Source: Chrysomallon squamiferum
Lineage: Eukaryota; Animalia; Mollusca
NCBI GenBank assembly: GCA_012295275.1
Contig: CM022679.1
Span: forward strand, 2,108,001-2,172,000
Length of the DNA stretch: 64,000 nucleotides
Reading direction: 5' to 3'
The position numbers were made by a program, and so were the translations under genes. The notes under the pieces are model-generated. The model had not been told where the DNA came from, did not search any database, and was given only the letters and a program-made list of their open reading frames with translations. Positions 15,181 through 27,831 of this stretch are shown one piece after another; the stretch's first letter is position 1, and each line of letters opens with the position of its first letter.

Positions 15181-15684
15181 AGCATATCTGGAAAAAAACA
15201 TCACAAAATTTGAATTTGCCGCCTTTTCCCACTTGAATCTTACCTCTAAGTATTATTTAGTTATTCAGAGTCCCATCATACGATCACAACAACCCTCTCT
15301 TAATCCACTTTCCATCAAAGAAAGGGTAAATTTCAGAGTTGAACCCATAATTATCCTATCCTATCAAAATTCACCCAACCTAGCCTACATTACGTTTGTC
15401 TTTACATATACTGAAAAACATTTGTTTACCTTGGTTTATGTTTCTTTTATGTATTGTTTTTATATTATTATATTATTTTATGATAAAGCTGTTATCTGTA
15501 TTAAAGTTTAATGTTTCGGTAAATTTTAGGATTAATGGTTAGTGCCCGCGGATTCCAGGCTGTTAGATGTATTATACTTGAAATTTACATATGACAGTTA
15601 TAAATTAAATATAATATAATATTTGAAAGTTAACAATCATCATTATAAGTAGGATGTATTATAACTGAAATTACATATAATGAT

Positions 15685-15854
15685 TATAAATTCAATATTC
15701 TAAACAGAATACTTTATATTCAATATCCCAAACAGAATACGTTATATTCAGTATTCTAAATATAATACGCATGTTCAATATTCTAAACATCAACACCCTG
15801 TACTCAGTATTCTAAAAAGAATACATTCTATTTAATATCTTACACATTATACAC

Positions 15855-15860
<6 letters not shown>
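15685..15860. repeat. Degenerate ~31-bp tandem repeat (ATTCAATATTCTAAACAGAATAC-like)
   Basis: TCAATATTCTAAA / TCAGTATTCTAAA recurs about 5-6 times. Confidence 0.7.
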
Positions 15861-15891
<31 letters not shown>

Positions 15892-15949
15892 TTATTTACG
15901 ACACTGTAGTTATTTTACTAGCGTACACTAATTTATTCACTGTACGACG

Positions 15950-16056
15950 CATTGGTGTCATCATGAGAAATGATTGGGGCATCAAGCGGGCAATACGATT
16001 GGACACAGAGCAAAGCAATCGTCTGATCATGCACACATTTCATCATAAACCAATAT
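15950..16056. promoter_or_regulatory. Cluster of CCAAT (NF-Y-type) boxes
   Basis: ATTGG at 15951, 15973 and 15998, and CCAAT at 16050, in a GC-richer island within very AT-rich DNA. Confidence 0.35.
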
Positions 16057-16988
16057 ATCTTTCCTGCCCCTTCCCCTAATAATTTCTGAATGCAAAATTA
16101 TACGCAGAATTCTGTATCAGTTATACAGTATCCCTTTGGTAGTACCCTTTAGACAATAATATTTATATCATATCCTGTACGATTTAATTATCCGGCTTAT
16201 TTTTATTTATTTATTGTTTTATTTTATTAATATAATATTTTTTTTTGGGGGGGGGGGGCTATTCAAATCTATCCTTTGCTTTTATCATCATGTTGGCTGG
16301 TAGAAAGAAGGAAAACAAAATAAAATTCATGAGAGTAAAGAATACACTGGTTTAATGAACAAATCCTGTTATTATTCAGCAATCCCTAAAGTATTCTTTT
16401 ATGACGATTATTTTTATGGAAACTGCGGAGAAATGTACATTAGCGGTTAATTAGAAAGAATGGATGAACAACATCAATGAATATTTCTGTGTTAACAGTG
16501 TAATTTGACAAATAGGCGGAAAGCCTGAACGACAGACAGACAGAAAGATAAACATAAGATATAGAGAGAGACTGATAGACAAACATACAGACATCAAAAA
16601 GACAGACAAGCAGATAAACAGAGATAAATAGATGGATAGACAGACGGACAGACATAGATAAATCGCAAAAATGAGATGGTCTGATAAAGTTTGAATGGAA
16701 GAGACAGGTATGTCTTTATTATTAGGTAACATTGGTCTCTTAATAAAACAAAACACAAATACAATAAAATATTTTGTCCGGTTATTTCGCATTGGATATT
16801 TCTTTTTGATAATTTATATGAAAGTGTCTGACAATAGAAAACATAAAAAAAGTAAAGAAAATATTTTCTTATTATATTTTCGCCACTTTTATGCTTTTTC
16901 ATGACTTCTAAGTGACATGAGTTGTCTCCCATCATAACAAAATTTATCTGTAATGAAACGGTAATGAATTTGAAGACGTAGAACTTTT

Positions 16989-17050
<62 letters not shown>

Positions 17051-18734
17051 ATACCATATCAGTCATCACTAAAACAGAACACCTTTATTATGCGTTCAAT
17101 TCAAAGCCAAAATTGGATTAAACATAAATATATCTTTGATAATATATACAAATAAATCAGTTTACATATTTTGTATATTTCCAATTTATTATTTTGAAAC
17201 ACCAATGTATACTACTAATAAAAATAACATGTTCACGGGAATATATGGATGCTACAATTGTTCACGTCTTTCGAGACATCACTTTGTAAATACGTTTAAA
17301 ACACGATCATGTTGAAGTCATGGATGCTGCAACTTTACAGTAAATAAATAAATAAATAAAAATAAAATAAATATTAAAAATACATATATTTTAAAAAATC
17401 TAACAACAAGATATAATTAATATTTATATTTATATACGTTTACGGTAATTTATAATAATGCAATTGCAAGTGATTTTGAAATATTTATCCATCTGTATTT
17501 AATATTTATTTATTTATTATTTATTTAGGACTATGGAAATAATCTAAGTTGATAATAAAAAAAAAAAAAAAAAAAGAAACAAATTTCCCAATCTACTAAT
17601 GTTCCTGTTGCCTTTTACAAAACGTTTGTTGTTTTTTCTATTTGTATATTTTTTCGTTTTTAAAATAGTATTCAAGTAAAGTTTACACTGTTATTTGATA
17701 AAAATAAATAATTAAAACTGTGTATAAAATATTAATTCTGTTATTTTGTAAGTAAAGATTCGAAAGAAAATGTTTATAATAAATTCAGCCATCCACAAGT
17801 GAAGTTCCTCATCTGAACCAAATTTAACATTCTGAAGGTTTCTATGACAGTTACATAACCCTGAAAGATGAAATAACGCTTGAAAGATGAAATCGAAGGA
17901 AAGCATTTTAGAACACATTTGAATATATCGCATTTAGAATTCATTTACAAAAATAAAAAATAAAAATAAAGAGGTTTTAAAATACATAATAACTTTCGAA
18001 CACAAGGTACACGTATTTGTAGCTTACTCGATAACAAATGAGACTGTTTATTAGATTTGTTATGACAACCTACTAACAGTAATTAAAACCCCTTGTTTGT
18101 TTAATTATCCATTCTTCCCCTAATAAGATTCTTAGAATTAATTACATTGATATAAGATTAATTTGTAACAAGTATTGTGTTATTATACTATTTACAATAA
18201 TAATAAAAATTCCAACAACAGAAACAGTGGTGATAGTGATGGTATAGTGATAATAAATAAATAAATAAATAAATAAATTTAAATATTAGAGAGGAAAATA
18301 AAAGAATGGCTTTCAAATTTAAAATGATCACATCGTAGCTGTTTTTATTTCAAAATGAACATTAATGAAAATGATTGTTCAATACCGCGTTTGGTGCAAA
18401 AGAAAAATTAAAAAAAAATGGATATAAAAATAAAATGTAATCAAAATACACATACTGTCACAAAAGCAAAAAGCTATTACTACTACTACTAATAATAATA
18501 ATAATAATAATCAAGAAAAAAAAAGCAAACAGACAAAAAACAAACAAAAAAACCATAAAAAATAAACAGCCCCGTTGAGAAATTAACTGATTAAAAAAAA
18601 AAAAAAAAAAAAATCTTCTAAGAATAAAATTATTAACTTTTGGTATGTTTATATTATAGATAATAATTATGATCTTATGCTGAAAAACAAAACACAACAC
18701 TACATACTAATTAATGTATTTTAAAATTTTAAAA

Positions 18735-18939
18735 TTAGACCAATCAATGATATAATCATGCTTGCGTTTAAGTGTTTAAGTGTACCTCGGTCACGTGATC
18801 GATTCAGAATTGACTGGCTCCTCGAGATACGTTACAAATATAATTCGAATAACAGAAGCGGCACATCGTGAAGAAAATCTCTCCACTACAGCCATTTTCT
18901 TCAGTGCACGCGTCGAAATTTTCAGTAACATTTTTCATC
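18735..18939 (+). promoter_or_regulatory. ALYREF proximal promoter / 5' UTR
   Basis: CCAAT at 18740, E-box GTCACGTGA at 18790-18798 and YY1-like GCCATTTT at 18891, with CpG enrichment directly before the ATG. Confidence 0.6.
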
Positions 18940-21900
18940 ATGGGAGACAAAATTGATATGAGTTTAGATGATATCATCAAGCAAAATAAAGTAAAAACGG
19001 GACGAGGAGGCAGAGGTGGACAGAGAGGAAGCGGAGGAGGAGGAGGAAGAGGCCGCACAGGTCGCGGCCAATATAGAGGTGGAGGACGCCGTGGTAGAGG
19101 CGGGAGTGGCGTCTTTCGAGGCGGCATACAAAGAAGAAATCGTCCAGCAGCGCAGTTTCAAAGGGTATTACACCGATGAGCATTTCATCGACAACCACAC
19201 TTTTCTCATTAACCACTACTATGTCCTGGTTATAATGTATCAATACCATTTTGTATGGTGTTCACTGGCGCATGGGCTGGCTGCCTTGTCAGTAATCTTT
19301 TAAAAAAAAATTAAAAAAATTGATAAAACCAGTTTTACTAAAAAAAAAAAAGTAGATGTAGGTAAATTGCTATAAATATAGTTGTATATATAACGCCCTC
19401 TTGGGTATTTTTGATTTCTGTTCTTTATTGTGATTTGCATTCCATCTTGTTGAGAAAACCCCGCCAGGTTTAATGTCGAGTCAAAGGAGTTTAGAAAATG
19501 AACAAACTTGAAAATGTACAACAAAAGAACTAACAATTCTTCATCTTATCAAGACAGTAAAACAGTAAAAATGGATAGTTTTCATAAATAAAATCTGAAC
19601 ACTGCAATCTTCAAGGATTGAAAGAAGAATTAGAAGTTAAAAAGGACAATGCATTTTTGTAAATAATTTTGGCAGATATCAACCAGATTGGTTATGGATC
19701 AATTCAGAAGGACAAAACAATGTTACTTAAACAAAAGATTTCCAAAAATGGACAAGCAGAATTTAATCAGCATAAGAAAGAAAAAAGGACCAGAACTTTA
19801 CACTTACGTGAAGAAATGACTAAAGCAATATCAATACAAGAAGATTGTGTGAGACTTGTATATGAAGATGCAACCAGAACATTACCATTATAAATTACCC
19901 ATCACATTCTAAAAACTGACATGGAACATAACATTATTAACAGATGCAGAATTTCTGCAAAAACAATAAATGCCCCAAGACTTTAATCCTGGACTTCTCA
20001 AAATTGTATAAGCAGTTTTTAAAATAAAAATTTTAATTACTTTTTTTTTTTACAATAATACCAGTTCCAATCCTCATTAGTTTGAAATGTAATAACCAAA
20101 ATTTGTTATGGATAGATGTTTTTTAAAAGCCCAGCACCAACAGTGATTCACATTATGTTTGGAAGTTTCTTAATGCTGACAAGATGCAAGCTCAAGTTGT
20201 CCACAGATGTTTAGTTCTCTGATGGATCCATGTGAGACTCATGTGGTGCCAGATTTTTAAATAGTGTAGACATCTCTTTCCAGGAGTGGGGAAACTCTGT
20301 GGTAAGAGGGGCTCCGTAAAATATTTATGTACATGTTTTTTTTTCTTTTTAATTTTTCAGGTTAAGCAGCTTTGGGAGCACATTTTAAACATTTGTTAAG
20401 ACATTAATATATATTAATTATTTAATTTCTTGTAAATTTCTATTTGTTCCTTCAATTTTTATAAAATCATTTTTAAATGAAAAGACTGATTCAATCTGAT
20501 GGAAATTTATACATTGCTTAGACATGCTTTGTTTCACAGTTATAATTCGTAAAGAAAAATAGAAGGGAAAAATCATAAAGCATTTTGTTTCCACTTACTA
20601 AATGTTAAAACACAAATTAATAGTTCATACACTGAAGAAATTTTACTCAATTTATACTTCTATTAGAAAACCTTGAAAGACAATATTAAATCCTACCTTG
20701 ATTTTGTTCATTAAAAATATTGATAATTAAAGTAAAAATGTTGACAATCTTCAGGTCAGATTGTCGTGTTAATAAATATTAACATTTTTATTCTAATATT
20801 AATGTTGAAATAAAGACGCAGTAAATTGTTAAAAATATTAATTAATTTTTTTTTTAATCTGTTATATTGGTTAAGTGCTGTGTAATAATACATATTAATG
20901 AAACTAATTTTTTACTTTATCTGAATCATGGAATTTGTTAGAACGTGAGATTGTTCTGACAGTATTGAGATTTTTTTCCTGTTCATTAAATATAAATGAT
21001 TGAGGTGAAATCAAGTTACAGTTGCTTGTTGAACAAATTTCATTTTGAACATTTCTGAATAGCAATATTAATAATATAACTTTAAAATTAAAAAAAAAAA
21101 TCTAAATGAAAATTTCTCTACATGTCAATAAATTTGTAAGTTTTATACATGCTGATATGACACTTTTAATGATTGCATATAACATTGCGAAAATCTGTTA
21201 AATTAATTTAAAAAGTAATATTTTCTTTCTGAAAAATTTGTGTAAAAATTACTGGACTTCAAACTAAACTACAAGACCTTTTACTGCTGTGAAACATCAC
21301 ACCTCCAGTGAATTGTTATAATTACACCTTTTTCATTGTTTTTTTATTTTGTCCTTTTATTATTATAATATCAGTACTTTATTATACTTTTTTAAATTAA
21401 ATGTAAATCAGTAGTCTGTGTCTAGAACTGTTGTTTCTTTTAACTCTGAATTACTGTAAGATTACTACTATTGGTGTGGAATTTTGAAACAATTTTTTTC
21501 AGCAATCATTTACAGTAGAAGATTCGGCTGTTTTTATTTGCTTTGATTTAAGACAGGTTTTCTTCTATTTAACACAGCTTCTTCAGTTTTGTACATGAGA
21601 TTTGTCACTACCACAACAGTGTTAGCAGTTTAATTAATATATTGTTTTTGTGTTTTCAGTTAAAGGAAGTTCCAGATGTGTGGCAACATGACATGTATGA
21701 AGGTGGGACAGGCGGAGCGGTGAGAAACTTTGGTGGGAGACTGGGTGGAGCAACAGGATCTGGATTCACATCTGGCAAACTGTTAGTTTCAAATCTCGAC
21801 TTCGGAGTCAATGACTCAGATATTCAGGTATGTTAGTTGTTCTTTTATAATACAGAAGCTATTTTAAAAACATTTTCCACAAGATAACAAGCATTGTTAA

Positions 21901-23836
21901 CTGTAGTTAATACTTTTTTCTTTTGTCCTTACATAATACAGTGATTGTTTTTGTACCATTTGTGATTTTAACGAAATTAACAGTTGGAATACATTTTACA
22001 GTTTTGATTATTTTATTTTCTACTTCCTTGTCCTTCAAGATCAACATTTGATAATTAAGTATAAATCATTAATGGATCCATTATGTCAGTGTTCATGATC
22101 TAGTTACTTGTTTTGCATTAGGCCTTTATTAATTAAAACTTATATACCCACTCAAAACTGCCTTTGTTAAAAACTGTAATAAGTTAATATTTTATCACTC
22201 ATCTGCTGGTGATTGTAACAACAGCATGAAAGATAAACTTTCAACATTATTTTACATTATTTTTTGATTGTGTTTGTTTTAATTCTAAAATATATTACTT
22301 CTAGGAACTGTTTGCTGAGTTTGGTCCACTCAAGAAAGCCGCAGTTCACTATGATAGGTCTGGCAGGTCTCTCGGTACAGCTGAAGTTATCTATGAACGT
22401 CGAACAGACGCTGTGAAAGCACAGAAACAATACAACAATGTTCCACTTGATGGTAAGTCAAATTTAAATTGAAATTGAAAAATAAATAATTTAATAAATT
22501 TGTGAGTTAAATTAACAAATTGCAGGGAAAAAAGAACTTGTAATAATTTGAAATAATAATGTGCATTTTAAGACTTGAGTAAACTTTGTACATAAAATGA
22601 AATATAGTTAATGTACAGTCTTAAGATATTTTCAAAACGACATTTTACTATATAATGAGGCAACAGTACTGTTGATATAGGATCCCCATTGGTAGGCTGT
22701 TCAACCATTTCCAGGTGCTGCATATTTTGTTTTTAATTATTCTTGTTTATGATAGAAAGCATATATTATACAAAAAATAAATAAGTAAAATAAAAGGAAA
22801 TGTATAACAATTTTACACAAAAAATGTTTAATAAGATGTGATTATAGAAAAATTTAACATTTGATGTAATTTTCTTGCAGGTAGAGCAATGAGCATACAG
22901 CTGGTAGGCCAGCCTGCCTCAGACACCACAACGCAGTCACGTCCTGCATTCTCACAGAGAGGTGGCGGGTAAGTGATTGAAATTTTACCTTTTCTCAAAT
23001 TTGTCACTGAAATTTTACTTTTTCTCAGATCTCAATAACTGAAATGAGGGTTCTGTTGTGATATATTATTGAAGAAAAAGTTTACAAAACTAAAATTACG
23101 ATAATGTTATGACAAACTTTACTGTGTTAGACTGAACAAAGAATCTGCAATGTGTGAAAGTGAAAAACAAATACATATGGAGGTTTGAAATGCACAAACA
23201 TTATTATAGATTTAATAACACTTGTACTTCTGTTTCATTATAACAGTAGAAAATGTTTAAAGAATTTTATTTTAAAATCAGTCAGTATTTAATCAAAATT
23301 TATAACAGCTGTCTGTGATATCTAAATTTGACAATGTTTTGTTTGTAGATTTAGTGGAGGTAACAGATTTGGGAGTGGTGGTCGGCGTGGTCGAGGAGGT
23401 AGTTCTCGAGGTGGTAACAGAGGTGCTGGTGGTGCAGGACGGAGGGGTCGAGGTGGACGTGGTGGTTCAAGAACCAAAGTTCCCACTGCTGAAGAACTGG
23501 ACGCTGAGCTTGATGCATACAATGCAAAAGTAAATAAATTATTTTGATTCAGTATGATTAGTAAATACATTATTTTTATTTTTATTTTATGAGAAGAGAT
23601 GAAAATAAATTTGGTTCAGTTTGATTAGTATATAGAGTGATATAACACATTTATTTGTTTATTTATTTTTTAATTGGTCTTAATTTAATTGTCAATGTTT
23701 CATTTACTCCATATGGTAGTGTACATTAAAAAAAGGTTTATGAAAGAATGTTCTAAAATTGAATATTACTTCCAGTATTATTCTATACCTTTTTTTAATT
23801 TTTTATTTTTTTTATTTTTAGATGGATATTGATTAA
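18940..23836 (+). CDS. ALYREF: Aly/REF mRNA export factor (THO complex subunit 4), 274 aa
   Basis: Exons 18940-19164, 21660-21827, 22305-22452, 22881-22968, 23349-23529, 23822-23836, all GT-AG and phase-consistent (825 nt). Motifs: N-terminal [16 protein letters not shown] tract, [52 protein letters not shown], second RGG tract, C-terminal [12 protein letters not shown]. Confidence 0.97.
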
Positions 23837-25932
23837 AATGGACTGGATGATCTAGATGATGATAAAGTGACTGAAGGAACATTGCTTGAAACTGTTTTTA
23901 AAAAAAAAGTGCATTCAGAAGATGGTTTATGTGGGAGGAACAAAAGACTGATCAGCTGTTGTTTGCAGAGTAGTAATTGTACATAGTCTACTGACGGAAA
24001 TGATTTTATCTGTGTTTTACATGTGGATGACAGGACAGTTCATTTAACATGGACTCACTATCACTTCTGATTTTTATGACATTGTTGTTTTTATCCATCA
24101 TTTCACATTTTAAAAATATAAAAGAATATGAACAGTTTGGAGAGAGTGGATGGTTTATTTGGTAAATATTTAGTGCATATTATTCAGTTTCTATTGAGTG
24201 ATTATATTGGACTGTAAAATGATACTGGCAACAAAGGAGAGAAAACAACTTCCATTTTAGTCACAATTTCATCACATACAATATTAGTTTCATTTTATGT
24301 TCAGCACAATTTTTAATCCATTTATTTTATGTCTTCATTAAACATTGTTATGTCTGTGTCTTCATTAACTGATTTTTGAGCCACTGAATACACTGGAATG
24401 AACCAAGAGCATTTGAATTTTTTTTTTTTTTAGTAAAACTGGTCCTTATCAAAAAGATTTTGTAAAAAAAAAAAAAAAATATTCTTTCTTGCCAGAAAAG
24501 AAAATAACATTAAAAATTTAAAAATTATTTTAAATGTAATGGAAGAAAAAATTGTTATACTAGCTGTAAATTGTTTTTGCACTGAAAATTAATATAAATG
24601 CATTTTCCTCAAAATAAAATGCTGTATTTAAGATGTTTTATTTGGGCAGAATAGTTTCATTGGTTTTGTTTTCTGTGAAAGGGGATGCAGTATTGTCAGT
24701 TTACTGGGTGTTTGTTTTAAACTTTTTTTTTTATCCTCTGTTTACAGTTGGTTCTATTAACTTGCTGTTTTTAAGGATGTTTTTAATGAAAAGCTTGTCT
24801 ACTGTGGTTTAAATAATAAAACAAATTATGTTAATAAATCCTTTGTGTTTTCCATTTCACTTCATCTGTTTTATCCTCATGATGATCTTATTTTGACATT
24901 ACTGAAGATAAATTCTTAAACAAACTGAAATGCATTAAATAAAGTTTAAAATGTTTGGATTTTGTTGTGAAATTTTACTTGTTCGTTTTCATACATGATT
25001 TGGTATCTTACGTTTTAGAAAAAATCTCTCCATTTCATTTTTCTTTTCTTTAAGAAATGATACATGCACAATCCATTATCTACATGTGCATTATGTATAT
25101 ATAACTGCATATAACAAGCAATTTGATTTTAGTCTAATTTATTAAATTTTAATTTTCTTTCTTTCTGTACAAATAACTTTAATTTTTTTTTTTATAAATG
25201 GATTTATTTGCCTTGTCATTTCATTTACAAATTATTTTGCTAAACCTGTACTGATAAATTTATTACTCATTGTAGTTTTTTATATTCTTGTTTACATAAG
25301 GATCATCATTTCTACTAGAGTTTGCTCTGTGCAGTTAAATACTGCTACTCACAGTATAATTAAAGTCATGCAGGTAATGGATTGTGGATTTATATTACAT
25401 AGTTAATATTTTATTGTTTCTTGTCAAAATATTGTTGAATAAAATATTTGTTGATAATGGTTTTTTTCCCTATCGTCTTCATAAAAAAATAAAAAATTAA
25501 AATTAACAAAAACATGAATATTTGTTGAAAGTAACACTGAAATGTTAAAAAACTTAGAAGAAGAAAAAAAATAGCATTCAATGAATGGACTCGCTTCTTA
25601 TTACTGTGATTATTAAGGATATAACTGCTGAGTATTTTCAGAAATATTTTCTAAAAATTAAAAACGTAAAAAATCCAAACAATAAAAAAATAACACTATA
25701 GTCTATATTTCCCGTTTTAGGATAACCGTCAGTAATCATGAATATCGTTATTTATATAATTAGAATGTATTACTATCATTAATAAAAAAAAAAAAAAAAA
25801 AAAATGTAAGGGAAAACATTACGTCATGGCATTATGGTACAAGAACGTCATTTGGTGTTAGTTTAACAATGTCATTAAAGAAAAGAACAATGATGACTGT
25901 TTGAAACTTTTAATATTATTGTTAAACTCATC

Positions 25933-26434
25933 ATGAGTATGAGAATCAATACTTACTTCTTTGGAAGAGCTCCAGAAATATTTTCTTTTAATCAAAAACG
26001 AGTTTCCTTTGATGCGAGCACTGTGGTGTCTTCGGACGACGGCGAATTTGCCGCACACAGCAACATTCTTCCTCATATTAAATCGCAAGTGTTATGTGAA
26101 GATCTTAATTCCACTTCCATACCAAACAAAATGATATTCTCTCCAGGTACGTTTCTGTTTTTCTTGTGTTGGCGAGTTTGATGAAACATAATCTTACCGA
26201 GACCCGATAGTCTGCATAATCGACTGTCCCTGTTACTTTATCATGCATTCAGTCTATGGGTATATGTGTGTAAAATGGCCTTTGTTTTGAAACGATGATC
26301 TTTCTTCAAATTACATTTTGTACAAAATTGACACTGGACACAGAATAAAATGTAAAACATCTTTTGGTGCAAGGTACTTGTGAATTTCGCTATGTGTAAA
26401 ATATATGATTTCTTTTTTTATTATTATTATTAAT

Positions 26435-26495
<61 letters not shown>

Positions 26496-26778
26496 AAAGA
26501 TACACGTTTTCATTATCGAAATTATCTATATACTAGGCATCAGAAATAACATTATCGAAAAATACTTTGAACGGTCATTTGAAGAACGTTCTTAGACTGC
26601 TACTGAAGTGACCACTGCGATGTTTCCCACGCCACGTTTAAAATAAAATAAAATGTGTTCAAGAATCGGAGAACTGAGATTATTTTTTCTTATCCAGCTT
26701 AAATAAATAAACATAAATAAGATGTAAATACACGTTTGCCAACTAAGGAGGTCGTAAAATTCGATCGTTCAAATTCCA

Positions 26779-26824
<46 letters not shown>

Positions 26825-27779
26825 ACTGATAATCCTAAAACAATTTTTATTATTTATTTATTTATTTATTCTTATATTGTTGTTGTTGATGATGCTATTT
26901 TTTGTTATTGCAATTATTATTATAATTAATAATAATAATATTATTATTATACAAATTTTTGCTTGTCCAGATATGTTCAGAAATGTATTATATCACGTGA
27001 TCTGTAGAGTTAATTTAAATATTTAAAAAAGTTACATGCCAGGTGAACTAATTTCAATGGGAGTTCAGTTCCTATCTACACAACAGTTTATTAATAATAA
27101 TTTATCAGAAAATGTTGCTTTTCGAGCTTTGTGAATGTGTGTATTTGTGCGAGTATGTTTGTTTCTTCTTTAGCCAAAAACTTAAATAATTTGTAAAAAT
27201 AAAGAAGCTGTATGAAACTTTGAACAAAAAAAACAACAACCGACTACCAAAACAATGACAAAAAACACACACAAAAAAAAACAACAACAAAAACACACCC
27301 CAAAAACAACCCCAAAACACGCAATAAAAACCAAAGGAACAACAACAAAAGAACTACAACATCAAAAACAAACAAAAAAGCGACAAAGAAATACAATAAC
27401 AATCTGAAAGGGTATCTGTAACATTACAGGGGAATTCTGGGACTATCTGTACTCTGATTCGTGGGGAGAGGAGTCCTCACTGCGAGTTTTAGACGGAGAA
27501 CTTCTTCAACTGCTCTTTCACGGCCTCAACGTGTTGGTGCGAGATAATGTCGCTGCCTCTCGCAATACTTACGCATTCGCAAAACACACCCGTGACTTGA
27601 GACATCTGAGTAAAGAGGTTAAGTATATCACTTAGTTTTATTCTGGTTTTATTGTGAAAAATAAAGTTATATTAATTCTATTTTATTTAGTTTTAATTTT
27701 ATGCTAACACACACAGACACACACAAACACGCGCTTATTTACTGTTTCTTCAATACTGTCCGCAACATTCCTCTCTCTC

Positions 27780-27831
<52 letters not shown>

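Noticed and set aside
18804-19303. Pro-rich antisense and alternative-frame ORFs over ALYREF exon 1 (also 23315-23570)
   Set aside because: Shadows of GC-rich RGG codons. The GTG-start extension at 18868 is also unnecessary because the conserved protein begins at ATG 18940.
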